DNA of 64,000 nt. Source: an uncultured Chitinophaga sp. GTDB taxonomy: Bacteria > Bacteroidota > Bacteroidia > Bacteroidales > GCA-2748055. This document shows, in pieces, positions 52,038-61,020 of the stretch; position 1 is the first letter of the stretch, and each line of letters starts with the position of its first letter. A model generated the notes under the pieces. The model was given only the letters and a program-made list of their open reading frames with translations. It did no database searches and was not told the origin of the DNA. Location of the stretch: assembly GCA_964349045.1 (NCBI GenBank), contig CAYGFI010000008.1, positions 1,393 through 65,392 of the forward strand, given 5' to 3'. The translations under genes were made by a program, and so were the position numbers.

Positions 52038-52424
52038 TTAATAATTGTTTTCGTCTGTAAAAGCTCTTTGTTGTAATGAAAATAATTTATAAGGTATTGC
52101 TAAATAACCTAAGCGCCTTAAAATTGTGCGGGGATTAGGGTTTGATTTTCTGAACTGGCGATAAGTTAATTTTCTTTCATAGAGCCAGCGTTTCCATGCA
52201 AAAAAATCTATTGGCGTAGGGGAAAACGGATAATCATCCGGGCGAATAGTTTTTGTTTTACTGCTGATCTCCGAAATATCGTATGGTACCTGGGGCTTTT
52301 CATCTGGATGTCGCAAGTGTGGATGAATAAACCCTTCCGGAATAGTAGTTTTGAACCCGGTTTTTATTTCGGATAATGGGTAAGGTGGCGTTGGGCCTTT
52401 TTCCTCTTCAGGTTTTGGGTTCAT
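52038..52424 (-). CDS. hypothetical protein
   Basis: 128-aa ORF in the packed array. Confidence 0.55.
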   Translation of the reverse strand: MNPKPEEEKGPTPPYPLSEIKTGFKTTIPEGFIHPHLRHPDEKPQVPYDISEISSKTKTIRPDDYPFSPTPIDFFAWKRWLYERKLTYRQFRKSNPNPRTILRRLGYLAIPYKLFSLQQRAFTDENNY

Positions 52425-52711
52425 ATTTTTTCTTTATTGGTTATAAAACGTCTCCACCATACGGCTATCAAAAGTGCGCCGCAAGTGGCAGCTACTAAAA
52501 ATATTATCCAATTTATTATCTTTCTTTTAGGAGCGGGTTGGCGCTGAATGCGGGGTGCTATTAACTGGGTGCGGGGCGTTCTTAATATCGCTGGTAATTC
52601 TGTTTTTTGAGCAAAATATTCAGTTGCACAATAAAGGCAGGCGCATTTTCCGGGCCGTGGTTGCGGAACTGGGGCACCGCAATTTTTACAATCTATTGTG
52701 CTGATCTTCAT
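52421..52711 (-). CDS. zinc-ribbon protein with C-terminal TM segment
   Basis: CKNCGAP...CACLYC followed by WIIFLVAATCGALLIAVWW. Confidence 0.55.
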   Translation of the reverse strand: MKISTIDCKNCGAPVPQPRPGKCACLYCATEYFAQKTELPAILRTPRTQLIAPRIQRQPAPKRKIINWIIFLVAATCGALLIAVWWRRFITNKEKI

Positions 52712-52992
52712 TTTTTATTTTTTTCAGCTTTCGCTAATAACTTATTTAGCCCTTTTATTGCCTTTTCTATTCCTACCTTATTGTCTTTTACATTTATAAA
52801 TAAATTCTTTTCGCCATTACTGCAGGAAATCCCGGTAATTGTATCTTCTTTAAAATACTGGCAGGCAACGGCAAGGAAATCATCTGTAATATTTTCCTTT
52901 TCACCAATCCACATACCTTTTTCTTTGTTCTGTTTTCCTAAAAAAACTTCATTGGTCAGGGGCGAAAGCCCAATTCCTTTTTTGTGGCCCAT
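52708..52992 (-). CDS. hypothetical protein
   Basis: 94-aa ORF in the packed array. Confidence 0.5.
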   Translation of the reverse strand: MGHKKGIGLSPLTNEVFLGKQNKEKGMWIGEKENITDDFLAVACQYFKEDTITGISCSNGEKNLFINVKDNKVGIEKAIKGLNKLLAKAEKNKK

Positions 52993-53300
52993 TATCTTTT
53001 TCTTTTTGTTGCCCTTACAAGGCTATGAGTAGTTTGTAGCAGACCTTTCCTGATAATTACTCGCTCGTTTTCAAAGTGAATGAATTTTTCCCAGTCCCAA
53101 TGATCAATCTTAGTTTTGGAAACGCCCAACCCTTCTTTTTTCGCCTCAAATAACGCCACGAAAGATCCGTAGTAACTATGCTTTTTTATTGGGTCCGGTT
53201 CATGCTTATCTTCCAGGTGAATGAGCTTCCTGATATTTATGTTTTTACTTTTTGCCATTTTTCTTTGCGGGTTTCTTTTTATTATCCTTGTGAATATCAA
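52992..53300 (-). CDS. hypothetical protein
   Basis: 102-aa basic ORF in the packed array. Confidence 0.5.
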   Translation of the reverse strand: MIFTRIIKRNPQRKMAKSKNINIRKLIHLEDKHEPDPIKKHSYYGSFVALFEAKKEGLGVSKTKIDHWDWEKFIHFENERVIIRKGLLQTTHSLVRATKRKR

Positions 53301-53574
53301 CCGCTAATTTTTTTGCCAGACCTGAAAGCGATTTGAATACGTCTTGTTTATCCTTAGCAACGTCTTTTACTTCCAAAGCATCCATTAAAATAATTTCCGG
53401 AGAAATGTCAATGCATTTTAAAATAGCTGTTTTTTGCTTTTTATTAAGCATAGATTTCCCGTTTAAAAAATCGTCTAACAGTTCTTTTTTAATTCCGGTT
53501 TCCTTCGCAATTACCAGTACAGAAACTTTCTGTATTTTCCGAAATTTTTCAATTGATTTTCCTACGTGTTTCAT
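53245..53574 (-). CDS. XRE-like HTH protein
   Basis: IEKFRKIQKVSVLVIAKETGIKKELLDDFLNGKS. Confidence 0.55.
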   Translation of the reverse strand: MKHVGKSIEKFRKIQKVSVLVIAKETGIKKELLDDFLNGKSMLNKKQKTAILKCIDISPEIILMDALEVKDVAKDKQDVFKSLSGLAKKLAVDIHKDNKKKPAKKNGKK

Positions 53575-53585
53575 TTATTTTGGTT

Positions 53586-53834
53586 TTAGTTTGTATGGTT
53601 AATATTTCGTCTGTGTTCAAAACAACTTTGTGTCTGAGGCTGGCAGGTTTCAGGCAGGAAAGCTACCAGCTTATTAAATTTAGTGCAATCCCCAAAAGCC
53701 ATTCTATCCATTAATCCGGTACCTTCATAGCTAACGCGGTGCCTTTCCAGTTTTTCAAAATCCCGTTGCATAAATTTGCAGTCATTACAATTACAATCTA
53801 TCAGCTGCAATAAGTATCTGCTTTCCTTATCCAT
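53586..53834 (-). CDS. Cys-rich hypothetical protein
   Basis: 82 aa with CNCNDC...C..F...C....C. Confidence 0.5.
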   Translation of the reverse strand: MDKESRYLLQLIDCNCNDCKFMQRDFEKLERHRVSYEGTGLMDRMAFGDCTKFNKLVAFLPETCQPQTQSCFEHRRNINHTN

Positions 53835-54661
53835 TAAATTCTTATGTTACTAATTGGTGAATTGATTTTGCTTATGAATGAGTCCGAAATGTGTAAATAT
53901 AAATTTGTGGTTTTTACGTTTTTATGTCCAGCAATTTTCTGAATTAAATTAATGTCCGTACCGCCCTCCACCATGTGGGTAAATGAGGAATGCCTCATTA
54001 AGTGTGTGTAAACTCTTTTTTTAATTCCGGCTTTTGATGCGAGTTGCTTTACAACTTCCAAAACAGATTTATCGCAGTACTGGTTTGAATTTTGCCCATT
54101 GAATAAATATTCTTTCGGTTTGTATTCTAAAAAATATTTACGCAACAACTCTAAAACAGGAGGCGCAAGAGGCACTTGCCTATCCTGATTTCCTTTTGCC
54201 TGGATAATATTAATTATCATTCGTGAAGAATCAATATGAGAAATTTTAAGATTTATAATTTCAGAAACACGGAGTCCGGCTGAATAAAGTAAACTCAAAA
54301 TGGTTTTGTGTTTCAAATTTTCGCAAACGTCAAACATTTTTTGAATCTCATTCTGAGATAAAACTATTGGTAATTTTTTATCTTTCCGAGCATATGGAAT
54401 GTATTTGAATTTTTCTTTTTGTCCTAAACAAATTTCGTAAAACTTTTTTATAGCTGAGTGGTAAGATCTCTGGGTGTTCGGCTCTGAAAATTCTGAAAGG
54501 AAATTACGAATATCGGTTTCGTTAATGTTTTTCGGGTGATCTTTTTTTGATTGAACAAAGAATTTTTTTAGGCAAGAGGAATAATTTTCAATCGTTTGTT
54601 CACCGAAGTTCCGGCGCTTCATTTCCTGTTCAAAGAATGTAATGTGTTCAGAAATATTCAT
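53834..54661 (-). CDS. tyrosine recombinase / integrase
   Basis: SAM-like N-terminus (FGEQTIENYSSCLKKFF). Catalytic residues GLRVSE (R), HLMRHS (H-x-x-R) and GHKNVKTTNLYLH (H...Y). Confidence 0.85.
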   Translation of the reverse strand: MNISEHITFFEQEMKRRNFGEQTIENYSSCLKKFFVQSKKDHPKNINETDIRNFLSEFSEPNTQRSYHSAIKKFYEICLGQKEKFKYIPYARKDKKLPIVLSQNEIQKMFDVCENLKHKTILSLLYSAGLRVSEIINLKISHIDSSRMIINIIQAKGNQDRQVPLAPPVLELLRKYFLEYKPKEYLFNGQNSNQYCDKSVLEVVKQLASKAGIKKRVYTHLMRHSSFTHMVEGGTDINLIQKIAGHKNVKTTNLYLHISDSFISKINSPISNIRI

Positions 54662-54725
54662 TGTTTTGTTTTTAAAATCAGTTAGTTGCGCTGTTAAAAT
54701 ACATATACTATGTTATAAGCAAATT

Positions 54726-54986
54726 TTAAAACTTGCCACCGCACAGGTTTTGTTCGTCTAACAGTTTCAGTATCGTTTTCCATTTATCCAATTCATCGTA
54801 ACCAGTTAATATTTCTCGGTCTTTCAATGTGTATTCTATCCAGTAAGTGTTGTGGTCATTACCAAGTATCCACGATTGAACACCTATTAACTGGTCTTGC
54901 TTTATCAGTAAATGGATAATTCCGTTTATGAATATCTTTATCTGATTATCCTTTACTGTTACCTTTATATCAAGTTTGTTTTTCAT
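54726..54986 (-). CDS. hypothetical protein
   Basis: The ORF track extends to 55001, but that start is a TTG codon. The first ATG (MKNKLDI) is at 54986. Confidence 0.5.
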   Translation of the reverse strand: MKNKLDIKVTVKDNQIKIFINGIIHLLIKQDQLIGVQSWILGNDHNTYWIEYTLKDREILTGYDELDKWKTILKLLDEQNLCGGKF

Positions 54987-55116
54987 AATGCCTTCGCTCA
55001 AAAAAGTTTTAAAATCAGCTTATAACACAGGGTTTAATGCAATAAAATTTTTTCATTTCTATTTTTTTTATTGGTAAAAATTTAACTGCATAAACCCTCA
55101 TCCGTTAGCGGTAATA

Positions 55117-55503
55117 CTAATACAAGTCCTCCGAGAATAATCTGTTCCCTCGAATTTCCTTTATATCCATTACCTGATTTTCTCTCAATGCAATTATCAA
55201 CGCTTCCTCACGGCTTACAAATCTGTTCTTTGATGTAAGGAAGCCTTGTTCATTTTCTCCGCTTTCAGCATCTCGCAAACCAGTTACAGCACATTTGGTA
55301 TAAATACAATGTCCGTGTCTATGTCCACTAAATACTAATCCTGTTGGACAGTTCTTTGGGTTTGTGCTTTCAAATGGTATTTCCTTTTTAATTGGAATTT
55401 CTTTATACCAAACGGCAGCACAGATTATTCGCTCCGAACCCGTACTACCGCTAACAGCACATAGGCAAAAAAGCCGTTTCAGTTTCATAAGAATATTTTT
55501 CAT
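55117..55503 (-). CDS. hypothetical protein
   Basis: 128-aa ORF. No motif confidently recognised. Confidence 0.6.
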   Translation of the reverse strand: MKNILMKLKRLFCLCAVSGSTGSERIICAAVWYKEIPIKKEIPFESTNPKNCPTGLVFSGHRHGHCIYTKCAVTGLRDAESGENEQGFLTSKNRFVSREEALIIALRENQVMDIKEIRGNRLFSEDLY

Positions 55504-55557
55504 AAGTATTAAATTTATTGTTTCAAATTAAGTTATCGTTTCGGCTTCTTCGCCTAT

Positions 55558-56014
55558 CTGCAACCCGTTACCAAGCATTGCTCAAAGGGGTAACAGCCAA
55601 CCACCATACGATTTAGAAATCCGAAAATCCCCATCCCCATCCGTCCTCTCTTTTAATTGGTCGAACATATTTTGTAGTCCCATTCACAATAGTTTCAATG
55701 GTTTCTACTTTGGTTGGGTCTATTCCTTTCGCTTCAAGGTATTCCAAAAACAATTCCATCCAAGATTTGTTTTGGATTTCTCCCATTTGTTCTCCGTTTT
55801 TGTCAAAGCAGGAGAATGTTCCGTTTGAATATATGTAAATTGATTTTGCTTCCATTTTTATATTTATTTAATTAATGTTTCATCTTCAACAGCCACCCCT
55901 TTGAGCAACGATTTGGTAACACGCAGGTTGGTCGGCAATTTGCTCCCATTCATTTCATTTACCGAAAAGTATGGGAGCAAACTACCCTTCGGTGCGCCAA
56001 CCTGCAACCCGTTA
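55558..56014. repeat. direct and inverted repeats plus a nested hairpin around a small ORF
   Basis: 13-nt direct repeat ctgcaacccgtta at 55558-55570 and 56002-56014. About 30-nt imperfect inverted repeat at 55567-55598 and 55891-55920 (perfect blocks gttaccaa and ttgctcaaaggggt). Nested hairpin 55923-56005, with 9-bp outer and 10-bp inner stems. Confidence 0.6.
55613..55855 (-). CDS. hypothetical protein
   Basis: 80-aa ORF flanked by the inverted repeats listed above. Confidence 0.55.
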   Translation of the reverse strand: MEAKSIYIYSNGTFSCFDKNGEQMGEIQNKSWMELFLEYLEAKGIDPTKVETIETIVNGTTKYVRPIKREDGWGWGFSDF

Positions 56015-56221
56015 TAAAAAGTCTGTATCATAAAATTTCAAATCACTTAAATCCAAACTATACCAGGTTTTACACTTTTCACAATGTAAATTACCAACCG
56101 TATAAATATACTTCCATTTATGACGACAATTAGATAAACAGAAATTACCGTGTTTTAATGGGAAGAACAAATTTGATAAGTGCCAAATAGCAATTTTTAT
56201 ATTAATTATTATAGATTTCAT
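56012..56221 (-). CDS. Cys-rich hypothetical protein
   Basis: 69 aa with C..NC...CEKC. Confidence 0.45.
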   Translation of the reverse strand: MKSIIINIKIAIWHLSNLFFPLKHGNFCLSNCRHKWKYIYTVGNLHCEKCKTWYSLDLSDLKFYDTDFL

Positions 56222-56449
56222 TTATTTTGGGCACCATTCGGGTGCGGTTGAAATTTTAGATCCAGATAAGATACATCGCTGGAAATTAATGTTTGTTTCA
56301 GGTCCTTTTGTCGATTTGGGGTTTGTACAATAAAATCTATGACCATCCCTCTGAATAGGGGTTTTATGCAGGAAACTGCAATTTACACATGATTCCTTCT
56401 TTTTAGGGAGCGGTGTAAAGAATTGCTGCATTTGGTATTCTTCATTCAT
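56222..56449 (-). CDS. Cys-rich hypothetical protein
   Basis: 75 aa with CVNC...C...C....C. Confidence 0.5.
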   Translation of the reverse strand: MNEEYQMQQFFTPLPKKKESCVNCSFLHKTPIQRDGHRFYCTNPKSTKGPETNINFQRCILSGSKISTAPEWCPK

Positions 56450-56450
56450 G

Positions 56451-57083
56451 TTAAAATACGTTGCTTAAATGTTTGTTCTTTTTGATGAAGGATTTATTTA
56501 AAATACCATAGGCATCAGTTTCCCTGTTGTTTTCTTTTAGAGTCAGCCGGGCGATTTCTTTTGTTTCTTCATCCAACTTACCCCAAAGCCAAATATTTTG
56601 AAGCTCTTTAAGTAATGCCTCGCAGGTATATTTATCTGCACGGCCACGGCCCAACTCTTTTAGTAACCATCCGGCTTGCAGGTTCGGATCTGTGTCCTCT
56701 CTTTTGTGTAGTTTGATATTTATATACAGAAATTTTGTGAACCATTCCCCGTAGAAATCTTGTAGTGAAACTTTTTCGTAATACGTCTGCAGTTGTAATT
56801 TTTCTTTGAAGAACGCAAAGATCCTTGAAATGGTTTTTCCGGTTACTTGCTGGTATAACCCTACAATAAGATGCTCCAATTTAATCTCGTAATCTAATTG
56901 GGTGCTTTCTTCTCGCCGCTTATGAAGTATAGAAGCGCATTCTACCCTGTGGTATTCGATTTCGGCAAGAGCCATCTGAATTTCTTTGATGAATTCAGTG
57001 TAAACGGGTTTTTCTTGCTTTACTGTATTGTCTACAGGTTTAGCGGGCACCGTAAAGGCCACAGGTACTTTTAATTTTTTCAT
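56451..57083 (-). CDS. hypothetical protein
   Basis: 210-aa ORF in the packed array. Confidence 0.6.
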   Translation of the reverse strand: MKKLKVPVAFTVPAKPVDNTVKQEKPVYTEFIKEIQMALAEIEYHRVECASILHKRREESTQLDYEIKLEHLIVGLYQQVTGKTISRIFAFFKEKLQLQTYYEKVSLQDFYGEWFTKFLYINIKLHKREDTDPNLQAGWLLKELGRGRADKYTCEALLKELQNIWLWGKLDEETKEIARLTLKENNRETDAYGILNKSFIKKNKHLSNVF

Positions 57084-57222
57084 TGGTCAATCGCGTTATG
57101 CAACAAATCTATACAATACTTTTGTTTAAAAAACGTGTGTTAACAAAAATATTGCATAGTTTTGTTTATATAGCTGAGAATCAGCCGCAAAATTTGTTAC
57201 CAAGTACAATTGTTGAAAACCT

Positions 57223-58425
57223 TTAGAAATCTCTCTTTATCGCGGCAAATGGTATGATTTTATTATGAAGCTCCCGGTTCCATAGCGCATCTGTAAGCGC
57301 ATTGTGCTCGTTTTCGGGGCCGGGGCAATGCTTCTTCATCCATTCTTCATTAAGATTTCTGGCGGCAAGCATTTGGATAAGATCATTACAGTACATGGGA
57401 AACCCAGTAGGCAGGTCGCTCATTTTACCGAAAAGAGAAGAAAATAATACCCAGTCATAATCAGAATAATATCCGTAGAAATTAATGGCCTGCATGTTTT
57501 CTTTGTGGAATTCTACCTCTCCCTGGGAGAGCGTATTATTGCTATTCCTTATATCAAAACCATGAATCCACATTACAATTTCCTTTGCAATTTGATCATT
57601 TGTTTTTCCGATCTGCTTTTGTATGTACTTAATTTTATGCTCTAATCTTACGCCTTCAAATAAGCCAAGTATTTGGTTTCGGGCTTCTCCGTGTTGGGTT
57701 TCTATATACTCAATAACCATTTTTTCCAGCACATTTTTCTTAACCCATTCGTTAGATTCATACGGGTTGAATTCTTTACTTATTGCATAATAAGTTTTTA
57801 AATCCTGGGTAACAATGCCTATGCTGATCAAATCAATAAAATGGCATTGGCGGGAATTGAAGATCCCCCGCCTGCGGAAGCCTTCATTAAATTCTGTGTC
57901 AAGGTAATAGTTCATAGGTCCTGTGTGTTTTGGTTTTATATCTTCTTTTTTTATGAATCCCATTTTTTTAATTGGATGGTATTCGTTTAATGGGGTTGTC
58001 TGGGCGCAGTTACAAACTTTGCATTGTTGTGTAATCCAGTTTTGACCATCACGATAATATTCTTCTACTTCAAAATCGTGGGGATCTCCGTTTTGTCCGC
58101 CACAATTAAAATAAAATCGGAAGATCATTTCCTCGCCTGGTAATATATCAAGGTTATTCGGAACTAAATTAACCGGTAGAAGGTTTTCTTCTGCAAAAAC
58201 ACATAGGCCATTACCATCTACAGATATTGAGTGAGCAGAATTTTTAGCGACATTACTGAAATATTGATTAACCGATTTTTCCGGACCGCTTATTCGAACC
58301 TTATGAATTTTTCTTTCTGGATATGGAAAACCTTTTAACAATTCATCGCGTACATGAAATATCTTAATTTCCTGTGTTTCATTCTTACATGAAATGTGTC
58401 TAATTGCGGTAAATCCTCCATTCAT
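57223..58425 (-). CDS. DEDDh 3'-5' exonuclease domain protein (Rv2179c-like C-terminal half)
   Basis: Exo I YYLDTEF, Exo II YYSDYDWVLF, Exo III HNALTDA. The N-terminal ~170 aa is unassigned. Confidence 0.7.
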   Translation of the reverse strand: MNGGFTAIRHISCKNETQEIKIFHVRDELLKGFPYPERKIHKVRISGPEKSVNQYFSNVAKNSAHSISVDGNGLCVFAEENLLPVNLVPNNLDILPGEEMIFRFYFNCGGQNGDPHDFEVEEYYRDGQNWITQQCKVCNCAQTTPLNEYHPIKKMGFIKKEDIKPKHTGPMNYYLDTEFNEGFRRRGIFNSRQCHFIDLISIGIVTQDLKTYYAISKEFNPYESNEWVKKNVLEKMVIEYIETQHGEARNQILGLFEGVRLEHKIKYIQKQIGKTNDQIAKEIVMWIHGFDIRNSNNTLSQGEVEFHKENMQAINFYGYYSDYDWVLFSSLFGKMSDLPTGFPMYCNDLIQMLAARNLNEEWMKKHCPGPENEHNALTDALWNRELHNKIIPFAAIKRDF

Positions 58426-58571
58426 TGATTTTTATTTTTAGTGAAAATAGAAAGTAAAAAACAGACAATCGCGAACGGAATACAAAACATCCAAGTATTA
58501 GAGTGAGTAATAAAAACACTAAATATTGCCGCTCCAATAGCGCAAAAACCTGCTTTAGTTGTAAATTTCAT
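58422..58571 (-). CDS. small membrane peptide (49 aa)
   Basis: FCAIGAAIFSVFI and FCIPFAIVCFLLSIF hydrophobic segments. Its stop overlaps the exonuclease start (ATGA). Below the ORF-track cut-off. Confidence 0.4.
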   Translation of the reverse strand: MKFTTKAGFCAIGAAIFSVFITHSNTWMFCIPFAIVCFLLSIFTKNKNQ

Positions 58572-59214
58572 TATGAAATGGATTTGTATATTTTCTTTTT
58601 AATCTCGGAAAAATCCGACAAAGTATGTTTTCATAAACACTCATTTTTGTTTGATATGTGTTTTTGTAGTAAATTATAAATTCAACTTTTGATTTTTCCA
58701 GAAGATCAAAACAAATACTGGTTCCCCCATTTACCATAAAAGGTTTTACCTTTATTTTTATATCTGCTATATGGTCCAATTCCTCTGTCGCCATAAGAGC
58801 TTTAATAAAGGGCCGTACAGCTATTGGGAACCAGGATGAATTTCCATTTCCTTCCTTATAATCTACAATTGTTTTTAAGAAAAGTAGAGTTCGTACTTTT
58901 CCTGAAAGTCTAATCTCAGTAACCTCAAAAGGTTTACATTCTGATACGGCTAATATTTCCGGATAACTACATCCTGAGATTCCACTTAATAACCTTATTT
59001 CTTCCAAATTTCCTGAGTTAAACGCGGCCCTATTTTGAAATGATCCGTATAACTCTACTGGTTTTGGTTCCGAAGAAAGATTTTCTGCATAAATTACAAT
59101 AGGATGGTCAGATTGAATTTTAATTTCCCAAACTGTTTTCATCTTTAAAATAAAATAAAGTGCAATACCCAGACCGCTGGATATGCATATAAGAATTATT
59201 TGTGTGGTTTGCAT
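58555..59214 (-). CDS. N-terminally anchored protein
   Basis: IILICISSGLGIALYFIL anchor. 219 aa. Confidence 0.6.
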   Translation of the reverse strand: MQTTQIILICISSGLGIALYFILKMKTVWEIKIQSDHPIVIYAENLSSEPKPVELYGSFQNRAAFNSGNLEEIRLLSGISGCSYPEILAVSECKPFEVTEIRLSGKVRTLLFLKTIVDYKEGNGNSSWFPIAVRPFIKALMATEELDHIADIKIKVKPFMVNGGTSICFDLLEKSKVEFIIYYKNTYQTKMSVYENILCRIFPRLKRKYTNPFHNEIYN

Positions 59215-59224
59215 GGCTTAAATT

Positions 59225-59464
59225 TTATTGTAATAATTCTACTGGTACTATTTCCATTGCTTCGCATATACGCTCAATAATATCAAGTGTAATTTTGGAC
59301 TTTCCGCTTTCTATTCTTGAATAATTGTTTTGAGACATTCCGATTTTTGTTGCGATATGAAGTTGCGACCATTTTAATTGTTTTCTGAGAGTTAGTATTT
59401 TCTTACTGACTCTGTTATTAAGATATTGCTTAGTTTTCCGATTGGGTTGAAATTTATCCTCCAT
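59225..59464 (-). CDS. XRE-family HTH regulator
   Basis: LRKQLKWSQLHIATKIGMSQNNYSRIESGKSKITL. Confidence 0.7.
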   Translation of the reverse strand: MEDKFQPNRKTKQYLNNRVSKKILTLRKQLKWSQLHIATKIGMSQNNYSRIESGKSKITLDIIERICEAMEIVPVELLQ

Positions 59465-59741
59465 TTGGTTCTTTTATTGCCCGGCGGTTTTTCAACCAGT
59501 CCAGAGATTCGTTTAATTCCGGAAACTTCTTTTCCGCTAATTCACTATAAAAAACTCCGCGCTTCTGATCAGTCAGGTATTTCATTACCTGCAGGTGCGG
59601 CGGCACAATTTCTCGCTTTAAAATAAAAGAAAGGTTGTTAATATACTCATAGCCCATTGGGGTAACTTCAAAGGAACTGTTTGTATATTGGCTGCTATTC
59701 ATTTTATTTTTTCTTCTTTGGTTCTGTGTACCATCCCTCAA
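59454..59741 (-). CDS. hypothetical protein
   Basis: 95-aa ORF in the packed array. Confidence 0.5.
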   Translation of the reverse strand: MRDGTQNQRRKNKMNSSQYTNSSFEVTPMGYEYINNLSFILKREIVPPHLQVMKYLTDQKRGVFYSELAEKKFPELNESLDWLKNRRAIKEPNGG

Positions 59742-59946
59742 AATCTATTATATCATTTGGGGTTACTCCGTGGTAAACACAAATCTTTTTAATCGTAGAA
59801 AGTTTTGAGTTTGCAAATCCCTTTACAAACTTTGATACCTGGCTTTTAAAAAGTCCTGTGTGGTTTACCACATCAATTTGCTGGATCTTCCTGGACTTTA
59901 ATAAACGCCGGTATTTTGTATCTGGTGGCTTTTTATCTTTAGACAT
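59704..59946 (-). CDS. XRE-like HTH protein
   Basis: LLKSRKIQQIDVVNHTGLFKSQVSKFVKG. Confidence 0.55.
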   Translation of the reverse strand: MSKDKKPPDTKYRRLLKSRKIQQIDVVNHTGLFKSQVSKFVKGFANSKLSTIKKICVYHGVTPNDIIDFEGWYTEPKKKK

Positions 59947-60373
59947 CCTGCACTAAGAATATATCCAGCGTTTTTTCTGCACAATTGCAAATTGATAATT
60001 CCCCCATACTTATATTGATCGCGGTAAACCCACGTTCAAAGCACTTTTTACAGTTATTCATTTTACGGATGCGGTGAATATTTATCGCCGCAACTTCTTT
60101 TGCCTCTTTGTCTGCAGTTGGTGAATTAAGCTGGCCTGCCAATCTATCCAGGTGAAACACCTTTTGTTCACTAAGCCAGTTTGTATTATAAACCAGCCGG
60201 ATTGAAAGGTCCAGTATTAAAATTCTTTTCTGGTATGCTTTTATTAATGCATGATTATCTGCTTTCTTAGCCTGTTCGGCCTTTACCAGCTTTTCAAGTT
60301 CAGCCCGGCGGTCCAAATAGATCGTGTGAAAATCATCCCTTGTTTTTTCCGAATACTGTTTAAATCCTGACAT
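59939..60373 (-). CDS. hypothetical protein
   Basis: 144-aa ORF in the packed array. Confidence 0.6.
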   Translation of the reverse strand: MSGFKQYSEKTRDDFHTIYLDRRAELEKLVKAEQAKKADNHALIKAYQKRILILDLSIRLVYNTNWLSEQKVFHLDRLAGQLNSPTADKEAKEVAAINIHRIRKMNNCKKCFERGFTAINISMGELSICNCAEKTLDIFLVQDV

Positions 60374-60533
60374 AAATTATATTTTTTTAAGTAGAACTAT
60401 AAAAACAAAAACAAAAATCACACTTACGGCGTTGCCATTCCATCGACAAACATCCCAACTTTTACTAACTGCACTGCAAATAACATATAGGGCTGCAGGC
60501 CATCGTAAAAACAAAAAGAGTCCTATTACAAAT

Positions 60534-60767
60534 CTATACATTAGCCCGAAAAATAAATACGTTAATCATTCTTATACAAGTTATAATTAAAGTAATTGCG
60601 GTTATTACAAATAATCCGATTGAAACACCAGAACATATTTGTGAAATAAAAGGCAGGTTGTATAACCGGCAGATCGCATAAAGCGCCATTTCCTTTATTG
60701 CATTAAAAAGGAAGAAGATAAACAGCGGACTGATTACCATTATAAACTTGCTTTTAGCGTTTGCCAT
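60534..60767 (-). CDS. small multi-pass membrane protein
   Basis: 77 aa, mostly hydrophobic (FIMVISPLFIFFLF, GVSIGLFVITAITLIITCI). Confidence 0.5.
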   Translation of the reverse strand: MANAKSKFIMVISPLFIFFLFNAIKEMALYAICRLYNLPFISQICSGVSIGLFVITAITLIITCIRMINVFIFRANV

Positions 60768-61020
60768 TGCCTCCGATTTTTCTAATTTTTTCCGTTAACT
60801 CTTTTGTAAGTAGATCCTTATTCATTATTTCCAGTATAACCGTTTCCGGCATTTTGTGTGGTTTATGACTGAAAATATTAAAGAACCTTTTATTGTGCCC
60901 TGGTTTGTTCTTCAAGTGGTTTGAAACTCTTACCCGCTTGTAATAATCTCCATCTTTAAAAGAATCGTAATAAACGCTCCCTGTAGTTGCTACCGTTTTA
61001 TTTTTGAGCTCCAACGCCAT
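60754..61020 (-). CDS. hypothetical protein
   Basis: 88-aa basic ORF in the packed array. Confidence 0.5.
   Translation of the reverse strand: MALELKNKTVATTGSVYYDSFKDGDYYKRVRVSNHLKNKPGHNKRFFNIFSHKPHKMPETVILEIMNKDLLTKELTEKIRKIGGNGKR

Noticed and set aside
2551-53032. Numerous plus-strand ORFs nested antisense in minus-strand genes (for example 6423-6962, 8658-8942, 20974-21366, 28217-28591, 34783-35142, 35027-35380, 42685-43029, 52607-53032)
   Set aside because: They are antisense shadows of longer, motif-bearing or tightly packed minus-strand genes. They have low-complexity or Phe/Leu/Ser-rich translations and no independent signals.
54672-55026. ttaaaatcag direct repeat (54672 / 55009) and gttataagc / gcttataac inverted repeat (54712 / 55018) as attP core or arm sites next to the integrase
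   Set aside because: Matches of 9-10 nt in AT-rich DNA within 350 bp are not clearly above chance, and I cannot test for a matching attB.
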